In this document: positions 43,206 through 58,200 of the stretch, in pieces
Numbering within the stretch: position 1 is the first letter of the stretch
Layout: each line of letters starts with the position of its first letter
DNA from: a virus
Taxonomy: Duplodnaviria > Heunggongvirae > Uroviricota > Caudoviricetes
IMG/VR virus record: IMGVR_UViG_3300037307_000307
Length of the DNA stretch: 64,000 nt
Strand: one strand, 5' to 3'
The notes under the pieces: model-generated
What the model saw: only the letters and a program-made list of their open reading frames with translations
Database searches by the model: none
Told to the model about the DNA's origin: nothing
Position numbers and translations under genes: made by a program

Positions 43206-46200
43206 TTAAGGATAGAAGAATTGCATTACATACCTACCAAGTACTAGGAATAATACAAGGAAGATTGTGTTCCATATCATCATTATTATGAAGTATTTCC
43301 AGATGTCAGCGACTGATTCACCATTTCTCATCTTCACTATGAAGAATCCTGTCGATGCCGCAAGTCCTATTAATAATATCATAGCCATCAATATCAATCC
43401 AACTTGTCTACTCAACAATGTAGACCTGACCTGTTGAGCAAATGTTAAATCAACTTGAGTTTGGTCATCTACTGTAGTTATTTGAGTATCGGTGAATATG
43501 CTGTTTCCATAGTCAGTAAGTACTCCAAATATTTCATAAGGATTGAATACTGTAACAGTTCCGTTGTTTACATATTGATTCACTGGCGTGACAACGCTTC
43601 CGGATGGATTTGTATAAACTGTCTTGTTAGAACCATCGTTTATATGTACTGTGCTTCCTCCGACAGTATTTCCTTGGTTATCTCTTGTAGTAATTGTTGT
43701 TGTCCATGACCTATACAATACCGAGCTTGAATCAACTGATTCAGTTCCACTATAAGTTGTATCGTGGAATGTATTTTGTTTAGATGATGATGTCAATACA
43801 ACTCCTCCAGTTCCAAGAGCACTTGAACTCATATAGTTGTTCGAGCTATTTGAATATCTAACTTCTCCTCCAGTAGTGCTTCCTATTGTTGTAAACTTGT
43901 TATAATCTGAATAAAGAAGAGTTATTATATCAGTAGTTGTTCCAGTGAAGTTTACATTTGTATAAGTCGACCCACTTGGTCCCCATACTTGTGAACCTGA
44001 ACTTCCACCAGGAGCTGGGCCAGTATGATTCTGATATATTCCATAAGTATTGCTTGAGAATAGAACATTATTCAAATTAGCAAATGTATTCGAAGCATCC
44101 ATTTGATAAGTATAACTTATCTTTACATTATTGTAAGTTTGGCTAGTTGTATTCAATATTGTTCCATTTGAAGTTACTGTGTAATTTCCAGTTCCAATAA
44201 GTGAACCAGTTGAATTGTAAACACTTAATATTACTGGGTTTCTGAAATGATAAGCATTCGACATTGCCAATCTATATGGATTAGATGAGTTTACTCTTCC
44301 AGTTTCATTTATAACTGTCAAAGTGGATTCTGAAGTCATATACAATCCATAAACATTATTAGCTATTGTATCATTACTCATTGTCAAAGAACCATGTTGC
44401 AAGAATATACCATAGAATCCATCAATCCAACTATTTCTGATATTTGTATTTCCTCCAGTTATTCTAACTCCAGTTCCATTTGAAGTTGAAGTATAAACAT
44501 TACAATTTATTATTTGTGTATTTGGATATGATGTTGCTATGCTTATTCCATTAGCTCCGGTTGTAATAGAATGTCCTTTACAATCTATTGTAACTCCAGA
44601 AGTCTTAACATCCAAGCATACACCAGTACTCTTGTTTAGGTCTCTAATCAATGAATAAGTTCCAGGGAATGAAAGTTCTTTACATATAGAAGTATTTCCT
44701 GCACCATATTCTTTGTAGACTAATCTAGTTGGTAGGTCAGTTCTATGGTCATAAATATCCCAAGCAGTAGCATTATATGTATAAGTTCCATCAGGTACTG
44801 TAAATGCATTATAGAAGTTTTGTACATAAGAACCAGAAGTTGCTGTATAATTCTGTGTTCCATACAATCTTATAGTGATGTTCTTTATATTTGGTTCAGA
44901 CAAACTTACATTTATTGGAATATAATTAGTTGTTACTCCTCCAGCATCTTCAGGTGTTGGCGAAGTATAAGTCATATTGATTGGGGCGTTTCCAGTTATA
45001 TGTATAACTCTTGAAATCTGTGAACTTATTCTTCCAACTTTATCATAAGCCAATGCAGTTATATTATATTCTCCATCTGCCAATCCAGTCCAATTATAGA
45101 ATGAAGAAACTGTTGGAGCCCCAATAGTAACATACTCATCGTTCAAGGTTAATTGGCCATAATTCAAACCACCAGGGAAGAATGATTGACTCAAATATCC
45201 AGTATCAATCCATTGAGAAGTTGCTTTATTCTTACACTCAAGTCTGTAATTTACACTTCCAGGTGATGTGAATTGCATTAAGTATTTGAATTCCATTGTC
45301 TTACTGGTAAGATTTATACAACTTTGATTAACTATAACTACGCTAGATATTCCTCCAGAACCACTTCCTCCTGGGCCTGATACTGATTGTCCTCCAACAA
45401 GATGCATTCTTATCTCATCGTTAGTTCCGGTATAACCCGAAACAGTGTAATTTGAATAAGCAGTGTAATTAGCAGTACTAGATAATGTAGCGTTTAATGT
45501 AGCATATGTTGTTGTGTTTCCAGGATAATAGATTCCGCTTTGGCCATCATAAGTCATTCCATTATTCACTGTCCAACCAGAAGTTGCAGTTGGAGAATAG
45601 AATAGATATCCAAGTACGAAGTTCTGTGTATTACTATATCCATTATTTCCTATATTCAATATTGTAAGATTTGGATAAGTATCTTGAACTGTGACATTGG
45701 CCCATAATGCAGTATAATCATAAGCAGTTGTTAAGTTGTTTGCTGCAGGTGTTGGATTAGTGAAGCTTATCACTGGAGTTATCAAGTCTATGAATATCAA
45801 TCTTGAAGTATTAGTGCACCAGTTGTAATTATCACAAGATGTTGCGACTATTGTATGATTTCCGTCTGATAAACCAGATAATGTTCCTGCTATTGTGAAA
45901 TTACTTCCTGAAGTTACAGGATAACTTGATGCGACAGCAGCGCCAGTTACATTATAAGCTATTATTGAAAGATTCTTCAAATTAGCATCATATGTTGTAA
46001 CATTGTAGACTATGTAACTTCTATTTTGATAAGACAAATCTCCATCACTATTTGGTATGAATGATATTGTTGGAACTACGCTATCAACAAAGAAAACAAC
46101 TTCTCCTTCTGATATTCTATTAGCCAAATCAGTATAAACCAATCTCCAAGTATTTGTTCCCTGTTCTGCTGCTAGATTACTTATTCTTACAGTTCCGTTC

Positions 46201-49200
46201 AATGGATTGAATGCCAAATAAGTTGAATTATACCATGTTAAATTAGCAAGGAAGATTGTTCTATTCGTTACCCCATACATATTCAAAGTAAGATTTGCGG
46301 GATTGACATCGTATATTGTCGCATTCAATTGTGTTGGAATGTAAGTATAATCTACATAGTTTGGATAGTCTATAAATATAGTTCCGTTCACAGTGTCTAT
46401 TGTAGTTGTATAAGTATCGGTAGTGAACAAATTATTAGCCCAATCATAAACTCTCCAGAACCAGCTGTATACTCCGTCAGCCAAGCTTACAGGTATTGAG
46501 ACTACTGTTGTAACAAGTGCTCCCAAATCTACAGTTGTTGAATTAGTATAATATAAAGTTCCATATTCTTTGATAGTGATTGATTGAACAGTTCTATGTC
46601 CTACATCTTGTATTCCGCCACTATATATTTGGTTTGTGATATTACCATATGAAGTATTAAGTCCAGTAAATGTCGCAGGATTGTAACCCATTGTTGCTCC
46701 TCCTCCTCCGCACACGATTCTATATGGAACACCAGATGTTAAATTATAATCGAAGTTAGCAACTCCTCCTGAAACAGAAGATGAATTTAAGATATTATTA
46801 GAATCATTATTTACTCTACACTCACTTGAAGTATCTCCAGTCATTAATGTTACATTTGTTAAAGTCATATTCCTAGCAGGTATAAATCTAAATCCTTTAT
46901 ACAATGGGTCTCCAATAGTATTTGTTCCGTTCAATGGAAGTGATATAGTAGCTGTTGTTACGTTTACTCCCAAAACTATATTTGATGAAATATATAATGT
47001 TGCATTTCTCAAAGCAATATTATCAGTAGCATTCAATATAAATGTCTGATTTTCTGAATCCAAGTAAGTATTGTTTATTATCGTTTGATAAGGTAAAGTT
47101 GTGTAACTCAAATTTCCTTCATAATAATACAAGTTATATCCGCTTCCTGTAGGCCTCATAAATTCTGTTCTGACTGAAACAACTCCATTATTAATACTTG
47201 TAGTTGGAACAACGACTGTTCTAGTTAGAGTCTGACTTCCTCCAACTCCAAATGTGTCAGTGCAACCTTGCCCAGTGTAACCAAGGCAGTAAAGTTTAGT
47301 CCATGTGCTATCACTATAGTTATAAGTATAGACACTAATATTTTGATTTGATTGGAAGTTACTCATAGCAACTTTGAATGTTACATTCACTGTTGAACTA
47401 TTATAATTAGAAAGAGTGTAATTCTCATAGAAGTTTGCATTAATACTTGCGTGAGCAGCTCCAGTCCAAGCAGCGGTTGACCAATCTCCATCAAACGCAT
47501 ATTGTGGAGTATTATCTATTCTTCCGGTATAGTTAGTTGAAGTAGCGTTCCATAATTCAATTCTAGAAGTTGTAGATATATTATTAGGAGCAATTATTGT
47601 AGCGTTTGGATTAACAATATCTAAAGTTATCAATCTCGATTCAGTTGTGTTGAAATGACCTACTAAATCAGTAGTTGTTGCGTTATAATAATATCTTCCA
47701 CTAGCTGGAGCAGTCATTGATGAAGGTAAGGCAAGTCCAGCACTATAAGTTGTTCCGACATTACTATTATACAAAGATTGTATTTCACTGGCTGTTAGTA
47801 ATCTATTCCAGAATCCGAGTTCATCTATTCCACCAACTAGATAGCTTCCAAAAGTATTCCTTGCCAAATAAAGAGCAGCAGTTGTAGATGCTAATGTTCC
47901 AGTGCAAGTAGACATGTATTGACCATTTCTATATGTATTAGTAGTTGTACCATTCTTAACTAAAGTTACCATTGTCCAGTTATTTGCAGTTACAGAACCT
48001 GCTGGCCATGAACAATCTCCGCCGCCATTATTAAAGTATGCAAATTCCAAGAAACCAGTATTAGTTACTTCAATATAATAACCATTTCCTCCACCGTCAT
48101 ATTTAGTTAATAATTGATTATTACCTTGTGACAAATCTGACTTAAACCAGAAGTTCACAGATGTAGTGCTTCCAGTAAGTTCAATTGTTGGTGCTCCATC
48201 TGCAATTGATAATCCATCAGCACTTGTGAATATCATTGATTTACCTAATTTTGCTCCAGTTGCAGTATAACTTGGAGAACCATAAGAAGTACTTAAGTTG
48301 TATATTCTATTTACCATTTCCAATGAATCATTTCCATTATAATATAATGATAATGAATTCCAAACACTTGCTGGATTCAAAGTAGTTATATTATATGTTG
48401 TGCTATTAGTCCATGTAGAATTGTAGATATTCAATGTTAATGATACTGGATTAGTTTCAGTTATATTCAATCCTATTGGGAATGTAAGAGACGAAATATT
48501 TACTCCACTATCATATGTCGGACTTACAAATGATATTAAAGGAGTTGTTGTATCTATAAGAGTCTCATAAGATTGAGTACTCAATAAGTTTGCTGCCCAG
48601 TCATATGCTTTCCAGAACCAGTTGTAAACTCCATCGGCTAATACTAATGGTATTGACACTGTCGATGTTAATGTTCCAGGAGAGTATGTTGTAGTATTTG
48701 TATAACTAAATGATTGATTGGTGGATGAATTTATTGTCAATGTTGTATTTTGTATTCCAAGATTATCGGTTATATCTGCAATGAATGTTTGATTAGAATA
48801 ATTATAATTAGTTGAATTAGATATAGTAATACTAGGCTCTAACGATAATCCGGTTCCATTATTGTATAATGTATTTATTTCCGAAAGACTTAATGTTCTA
48901 TTCCAAATAGCGACATTATCTATAGCTCCATTAAATGCTGAAAATGCACTTTTAGCTCCGTCTCCACATGCTGAATTTTCTCCTCCCAACATAAAACAAG
49001 CATCTCCTTCTATAGTATTTAAGGCGACTGTATGAGGACCATAACTCTGATTATTCATATAATATCTTAATGCCGTTCCGTCATATGTAAGAGTAATCAT
49101 AACCCATTGTCCGTTAGGAACTGTGAATACATTATCCCAATCAGCTGAGTCGCCAGAGAATCCCATATTTGGACTTGATAAATATCTCATTCTCCAAGTT

Positions 49201-52200
49201 GAAGCGCCTCCATATCCGTTATCTCCAAAGAATAATGGTATTCCGTAATTATTCGGAGATGTGGTATGATATACCCAATAACTAATAGTTCTATTAGAAG
49301 TTCCTAAAGGTAAATCTGATTGGCCGTTCAAATCAATTGCATAACTATTTGTATTTAATGTAAAGTTATATGCATTTCCAAATTTACCCGGAACTAAAGA
49401 CATTCCTGGACCACTATATAAATTGTGAACTCCATATAAAGATTCTGTATTATTGTATGAATCAAGAGTGTAATATCTTATAAATCCATCACTGAATAAA
49501 GATACTGTTTCATTATTTGGAGATAATACAGTTATATTTGGATTGGCAGTATCTATTGTAACTTGAATATTATCGCTGTAACCTATATGACCTACTGCGT
49601 CAACAACTGTTGCATTATAATAATAAGTTCCATCCGTAGGAGCTGTCAAAGTTTGATATGTCTGGAATCTTCCTGTATAATTTGATATTGATGTAGTATT
49701 GGAATAGCTATAATTGTTGTTGTACAAATTATAAGTTATACTTACTGGATTAACTTCATTTATAATTGCGCTAGTATTTATTGAACGACTCGAAACATTT
49801 AATCCACTAGTTTGAGGAACTAAAGAACTCCACTGTATTTCATATAATCTATGCGCACTATAACCATACAAACTTACATAAATACTTGCTTGATTATTTA
49901 CTCTACATTGACTTGGAAGAGTATAGGTTACATTCATACTTCCTTGTCCAACTGTATTTATCTCTGCTATTTGTATATAAGAGCCACTCGTATAATTATA
50001 ACATCCAGTTCTAACATATTGATTTCCTCCTCCGATAAAGAAGTAATTAGTAAAATTATTAGAAGTTAAATCTGTCAATGTGAAATTATAATAATCAGTT
50101 GGACCAAAACTTTCAGCATTAGATTGTATCCAAGTAGAGAAGTTATTATCATTGCCATAATAACAAGGATATCCTGGTGCAGCAAGGCTAACTGCAGTAC
50201 AAGATGTTGCATTAATATATTCATCTTGATAATTTGGAGATACTAATGTAACTATTGGAGTTACTGTATCAGTAACCAAAGTAGAATTTTGTGTTGAAGC
50301 TTGATTTCCTGATAAGTCAAATAATCTCCAGAACCAGTTGTAAACTCCGTCTGCTAATGTAACTGGTATGGATACAACTGTTTGCAATACTCCACCAAGA
50401 CTTGTAGTTGTAGTATTTGTATAAGCTGTTCCAGTAGTTGTTGTTCCTGATATTGTCAATGTAGCATTTGATAATCCTGAAGAATATGAATCTACAAAGT
50501 TATCATTACTATAGTATATTCCATTACCAGAATTATAAAGTAAGCTAACTTCTGATGAAGATAAACTTCTATTCCATACTCCGAGTTCATCCATAGTCAA
50601 ATTATTTATATTCGGAGAAGGTAAATAATAATTATGATTTATAGATATTGGTGTGTCTGTTGTTGCATAAGCATGAACAAATGTTCCAGTTAAAACTCCA
50701 TTGATATACCATAGAGCTGTAGTAGTGTTGTAAGTTATAACATGATGATTCCAATTTGTATTTGAAGTTCCAAATTGATAATCATTACCACCAACATTGC
50801 CCTGTAAAAGCCATTGATTATTATTCACAGTAGTGGAGAAGGCGTTATTCCCGCTTTGATAACCTAATTGAGCCATTACTTTATAGACCGATGTTTCTCT
50901 CACCTGTGACCAGAAGCTTAAAGTTCTCTCGCCACTTCCACTTATTCCAGTATTACTAAAAGATACTAATCCTGTATCTGTTAAGTTCACTCTCTTTGTT
51001 CCACCAATTCCTCCAGAGATATATTGGACATTATTTGCGCTTGTGAAGTTTGTAAGATTATTTCCAGAAACTGAATCTACTAGATTATCATTAAAGGTAT
51101 AATAATATCTTAAGTCTGTTTTAAGAGAAGCTAGACTTGGATTATTATCATATGCATTTATTGAGAAGTTTGTCAAACTTGTATTTGTATATATATTATT
51201 TGAATAAATGCTTTCACTACCAAATGTTGTAGTTGGTTCAGATGTTGAATATTCTCTTACAAACATCCAATCCATTTTCCCAACTTGAGAGGCCTGATAT
51301 GATAAGAAGCAAACATAGCCTGAATATCCAAACATAGTCCCTGTATTAACTGCGCTAAATCTAGTTCCATTCTTTCCATCATTCCATACACTGAAATTAA
51401 CATTTCCAATTCCACTAGAAGGTATTTTCATATTCCATATTTGATATGTACTGTATAATGGAGTTCCTCCGAATGTAGTGCCTCCGCCATAGAAGTCTAG
51501 GCGATAAGCTCCACTGTTAATATCCATGAATGGGCCTGAATAAGTAGGAGTAGGAGTAGCAGGTAGATGATAGAAAGAATCTCCTCCACCTACAAAAGTT
51601 TGATAATCTCTGCTCTCTAATACATATCCGTTTGAGAAAGACATATTTGTACAAATTAATTGACTTGATGTAGATGTACCACTTGCAGTTAATATTCCTC
51701 CAGCAGTAGAATATAATCCTTGATTAGTAGATTGCCATTTACTTGTCCAATTTATAGCTGTGTTGAAGTCATCTGCAAATATAAATGCATTATTAATATT
51801 TGAAGTTGTAGTAACAGTAGAATTTCCATAATACATATAGATTGTTCTGCTAGTTGTGCTATTCAATCCTTGAGGAAGTTTAACATAAACATTTACTGAA
51901 TTATTAGCGATGTAGGTGTTATTATAAAACCAATATCCTAATTCATTATTATTTATATCTGTAAATCTCAAATCATCGAAGTCTGATTGCATATCTGAAT
52001 CATAAGCGACATTAAGATATATAGACTGATTTACTATATATTCAGTGTCTAAAGTTGTTACAGTTATTTCCTTTCTCTTGCTCCATCCAGAATTAAACCA
52101 ATTTGAACTTGGAGAAGATGAGCTTATCACTGGAGATACTATATCAATTCTTATTGTTCTTACTTCAGTTGAATTTGTATAATACATATCAGATACATTT

Positions 52201-55200
52201 GCGTATAAGCTATACACCCCAGGATTCAAAGTTGAAAAGTTAGCATAATAATATCCTGATGTTGCGTTTATGATTGTTGAAACTATTTGAGACGATGTAG
52301 CTCCGTCTAAATGTATTGTTACATTCATTGGTCCAATCGCATCACTAACACTAACATTTGCTAATATAGTAGTTGTGTTTTGGTATCCTGTTGAAGTTGT
52401 AGGTGAAACAAATGATATTGTCGGAGCAGTAGTGTCTACATAAAGAGTTTGATTATTGAATTCGGCTTGATTATCAGTCCAATCAAATATTGACCAGAAC
52501 CAGGTGTAGATTCCATCTAGTAATCCTACTGGAATTGAAACTATTGTTGTTACAACTCCTGGAGAGTATGTTGTTGTGTTTCTATAGACATTTCCAACTT
52601 CTTCTGTTCCAAATGAATATATAGTATTGTTTACTCTCAAATCTTCATAGCTTCTATTCAACCAAGCACTTGACCTTTGAACATTTGACATTCTAACTTC
52701 ATCGTAAACTGCATTACCCCAGTATTGAGTACCATCATAATATGATAAGGCCCAGCTTCCACTTTGAGATATGCTTCCTCCGCTACCGCCACTACCTGTT
52801 CTTATTCCTGTTGCTATTAAATTAGTAAATCCAAAAGTTGAATCAACAACTCCATTTATAGAATAACAATTTTGTACATTCCATTGACTAGTAGAATCAT
52901 TCATCCACATTTGAGAATTCCATACGCTATTACCAAAGAAGCATGCGAATTGATTTGCGCTAGGACCTTGTCCAGTACTAAATCCATAATTAGAAACTCC
53001 TCTGCCTGATAATTTACTAAAGAACATTCTATTTGCTCCACTAGCTCCGTTAGGATAAATACTTGTTTCAGTCGTCCAGGTATTTGGTATATCATATCCT
53101 GCACCAGAGCCTAATGCATAACTTGATGTTGAAAGATTAATAGCATTACCAAGTCTTCCAGAAACTCTTGTTGGAGTTCCATATAATTGTAAGAAGTTTG
53201 TTCCGTCTTTTGAATTTATAAGATAATTACCTGCGCTCACATTAACTTCATTGAAGTGCATAACTATTGTATAATTTCCATCCCATGCATTCACTGGGTC
53301 GCTACCACTTGTTGCCGTAGAATTACCATAATACATACACAATGTGTTTGTTCCAGTTGTAAGTGTTGGCACTTTAACCCAAACTCCTGCATAACTTGAA
53401 TTTACTCTATTATCAAGTTCATAACTTAATGCAGTTGCTCCGGCATAACAACCATTGTAGAATCTCAAATCATCGAAATCTGCTTGCATACCTGAAGAAT
53501 AAGATATATTCAAATAAACTGTAAAGTTATTTAATGTTTCAGCTCCGCCTTCTACATAAACAGGTTTTCTATATAACCATCCACTTAAAGACCAATTTGA
53601 ATAATTTATAAAATTATTTGATTGATTATTATTGGCTATGATTGTTAATGTTGCATTCTTTATTCCAAGATTATCAGTTGTATTCACTGTAAAGTTGGTT
53701 GTGCTATTTTGTATATAAGTCACTCCAACTGAAGATGTTTCATTTCCGAATGCATAACCTGTATCAGTTATATTATACATTTGAGCAGCTTGTGTAGAAG
53801 TTAAAGCAGTTGTAATCACCATCATATCATCGAGTTGACCAAGATATTCTCCAGTTCCTAAATCAGCTCCAGCGATTTGCCAATCCCAAGAGGTGCTACC
53901 ATAATCATTATCAGATATTGCAGTTACCTTATCTAATGTTCCGTTTATGTAAATATACATATTTGTTCCTTGTTTAACGGCTGTCAATTGCAACCAATTA
54001 TTTGTAGCAAGTGAAATTGTTGTAAAGTCTGCTAAAGGTGAAGTCTTATAGAATCCAAGTTTTCCTGGAGAACCGCCATTATTGTTTCCAATTGGGAATG
54101 CGAGAGTTGCTTCACCAGAACCGCTCCCATCTTGTCTGTTAGTTATCCAGTGTGAATTAGTATCTATTGTTTTTATCCAACCAGTCATTGTCCAGTTGCT
54201 CTTTCCAAATACAAATTGAGGTATCTGATTATTTTGATAATACTGTGATGGATTACTTGTTATATTTGCTGCTTTACCTATTCTTCCAGTATTGTAAGGA
54301 ATATTTCCCATGTTTGTAAAGTTAATTCCGTTACCAGAATAGTCTGTAAGATTTCCTCCATTAGGTTCGTCAAAAGTCCAGAATGCTAAAACTGGAACTC
54401 CATATACTTGACTTACGTTTCCAGTATATGTTGCATTTGAATTTCCATAATACATTCTTATAGTTGTTTGGCCATTAGCATTTACTCTAAATATTGCAGA
54501 TGAGCCTGATACATAAGATATTCTAGCATAGCCCAAATTTGTTCCAGAAGTTGTTCTGAATAATACATCGTCAAAGTCTGTTTGCATATCGCTATCATAA
54601 GTTACATTTAATACAACATAGGTTGAAGTTATTCCAGATACTGTTTTATATTTAGTTCTGTAATTACTTTCTTGAGGAGTGAATGAGTTTATTACTGGAG
54701 CTTGTGTATCAACTACAATATTTCTAGTTTCAGTCCAGTTAGTTAATCCGCCACCATTTGTGGCACTTGCATTAAATGAATAACTTCCATCAGATGGAAC
54801 TCCAAGATTGATATAATTTGTTCCCACTACTGGAGTAATTGTTGTTGAGTTTATTAAACCTATAACTGTTGTGTAATCATACATATCACTATAAGCTAGA
54901 CCGTTACCACTATTGTATAATTGAGATATCTCTGATGCAGATAAGCTCTTGTTCCATATACCATATTCATCTGCGCTTTCAGAAGTTCCACCCTGTAATT
55001 GAGCAAGCAACATAACTTGTAATGTTGAATAATCAGGAGAACTTGATGCTGCTGCATTTCCTACATAATTACCATCGACATATGCAGTTAAATGAGTTTT
55101 GTTCCATGTTGCTGAAATCATATGCCATTCTCCTACAGGTAAGTCTCCACCAGCACTAATTAAGTTAGCAGAAGTATCCCACCCCCAAGCTCTTTGGCCT

Positions 55201-58200
55201 CCACCTAAATCATCTAGATAATTGAACACCGTTGTTTTACCAGTTGCATACCAATGATTTGTATTACAGCTTGCTCCACAATTTGTATCTTCTCTTAACC
55301 AGAAGTTCAATGTGAATCCATCCCAATTCGATAGATTCATATATCCTGCAGGAATTGTTGTTGCGACATAATTTCCAGCTCCTCCATCAGTGCTCCATCC
55401 TCCACCTATTTTACCAGTATCTGAAGTATTTCCTGTTCCAGTCAATGTCGCATTCAATACTCCACGCACAACATCTAATCCACCAGTACTTGAATTGTCA
55501 AAGTTCCAATATGCCACTATACTTGTTGTTAAATTAGTTTGAACAGGTATTGTCACATCTCCATAAACATATACACTCAAATTATCAGCATATTGGTCTG
55601 TATCAATTTCAAAGTATATTGGATTGTTAGAATAATTTTCTCCGTTTGTTGGAGTGCCACCTACAAAACTTATTTGTGGATAAGTTGCTTGTAAATCAAA
55701 TTCATTTAAAGGTGTTACGACTTGTTGATTATTTATTCCAAATAACGACCAGAACCAGTTATATATTCCATCAACAAGAGCTACTGGAACAGAAACAGTT
55801 GTTGTAATCAAACCGTTTAAATCCAATGTATTTGTATAAACATTAACATAAGTAGAATTTCCTAAATTCCAATATATTGCTTCATCATAAAGATAATCAG
55901 AAGTAGATACTCTATTTATTTCAATAAATGATGAACCGTCCCAACATCTAGCAAGAAGTCCGCCACCGATTGCTTGAGTTCCTAATATAAAGTCTCCGCC
56001 TCCTCCTCCAGAATTATGCACCAAATATCCGTTTACATAATATGTGTGAGTATTATTTACTTCAAATGAATAAATAGGAACCGCATTTGTTGGAATATCA
56101 TAAGTTATACTTGTAACCAAGACACCATTGAATGTCGAATCTATCATATAATCTCCAACTTTCAAATCTGCCACTTGTATCCATTTACCATCAACAAATA
56201 CCCAATGATTTGGAGTGACATTTAGATTTCCATTTATATGGAATATAGGGTCAGAAACTGTTGGATTCGTTGTTAGTTCTTCAACATATGTGACTACATT
56301 AACGACATTTTGATTTGTTTCTTCATCCCAAGATAATACTTCATCTCCAATTTCAATTTCACTTATTTCTTTATATGTACCATCACCCATGGTAACAAGA
56401 CCGTTAGGGAAACATCCTGCACTCCAGGTTTCAGAAGCTATTTTCAATTGTAACTTTGTCTTTCCTTGTATACAGGCAACTGGTATAGTATCATTTCTAA
56501 TTCCTTGGTCAGTTTTCCATTGTAAAATATTAGATGTGTTTTGTACTCCAACTGGTAATGTATAATTAACATAATAATATTTACTCGTGTCTCCATTAAA
56601 TATTGCAAATGTATTGTAATTGCCATCATAAGAATTTGAAGTGTTAGTTGTAATATTAGCAGAATAAACTCCAGTGTTTAATCCTCCACAAGCTGTTGAA
56701 ACATTTGCAGTTTCTTGATAACAAGCTCCCTGTGTTAATCTATTTATATTAAGAGTAGCATTTGATAGACCAACATCATTACTTACACTTGCGGAGAAGT
56801 TTACATAATTACCAGTTTCATTTCTTATACTTACATTTGTTATAACTATAGGAGTTGCTGTATAATTTGGAAGACTTGCGTTTGTATAAACTTCTGAACC
56901 TATAGATATAGTTGGAGTTGTTATGGAATTTATAACTTGTGCCTGAGCTAATGATATTGAAGAATTGAATAACATTACATCATCAATCAATGAAGTATTA
57001 TATGGTAAGTTTAGACTTCCACCAGCTCCAAATAAATAAAATTGTTTTGTTGCGTCGCTACTTCCAGTATTTAAATCGGTTCCAACTTGAACACCATCAA
57101 GGAAGACTTGATATTTACTAGAAGTATAATTTACGCTAACGATTACATTGTGAAATCTTCCATCATTTATATTGCCATATGTTGGAGCACTTCCTCCAAA
57201 GAAAGCAGTATAGAACAATGTAGACCCACTATCACCTTGTGTTGTTATTCCCCACCCTCCAGCTTCCCAGGCAGATGATGCGGCAAACATTCTATAATAA
57301 TTAGCCCCCCAGTTTGAATTATTTTGATTCTTAAACCACATAGAAACTGAATGAGTTCCGGTTAAATTACCTCCATAAATTCCCAATGCTTTATTTTCAT
57401 TATTTGGATTATACGCATCACCTATTTTACCTGTTGTGAAATTACCTGTAAGAGATGTTAAATTATTTCCAGCTCCTATTGAAAGTGAAGTTGTAGAATT
57501 ATACTCCTCCAAAGTGTAAGTTGAGTATATATTATTACCATAGATAGAACTCAAACTAGATGTTGTTACATTTGTTGGTCCATCATACCACATTCTTATT
57601 TGATTATCATAATTTGTTAGAACTCTAAATTTAGCTTCTGTTGAATTATAACTTTCAAGATAATATGGTAATTGCACAGTTGGAACAGATGAAGAATTGT
57701 ATCCATTGTAAATTCCAAATGTAACATTGTAAAGATATGCTACATCTTGATTTGCTCCATAAGCTCTCATTAACATTCTTGTTACATTTTTATTTGGAGA
57801 TGGATTTGTCAAAGTTAATGTTCTCAAAGTTGAATCTGTATAAGTTGTAGTTTGATTTGAAGAAGATGTTGAATCTGTAAATTCCCAAGTTATATTCCAA
57901 CCGTAAGTATATGGGGCTATTCCATTTGTTAAGAATGTGACGCTAGGTATTGAACCATTAACATTTTGTAATGAATATGTTAAAGTATAATTTACAGCAG
58001 CTCCGGTTGCGTTTGCCAATATCAATCCGCTATAATAACTTTCACTAAGATTTGCAGTTGGCCAAGATATAACTCTTCCCCAATCTTTTGTACTATTTAT
58101 TGTTCTGTTAGCTATCTGTGTAAGTGTCCCACTATTTACAAATCTAACATCTCCAAAGTTAGAAGCCATTCCAGAATAATATGGAATAGTTATGTAAGAT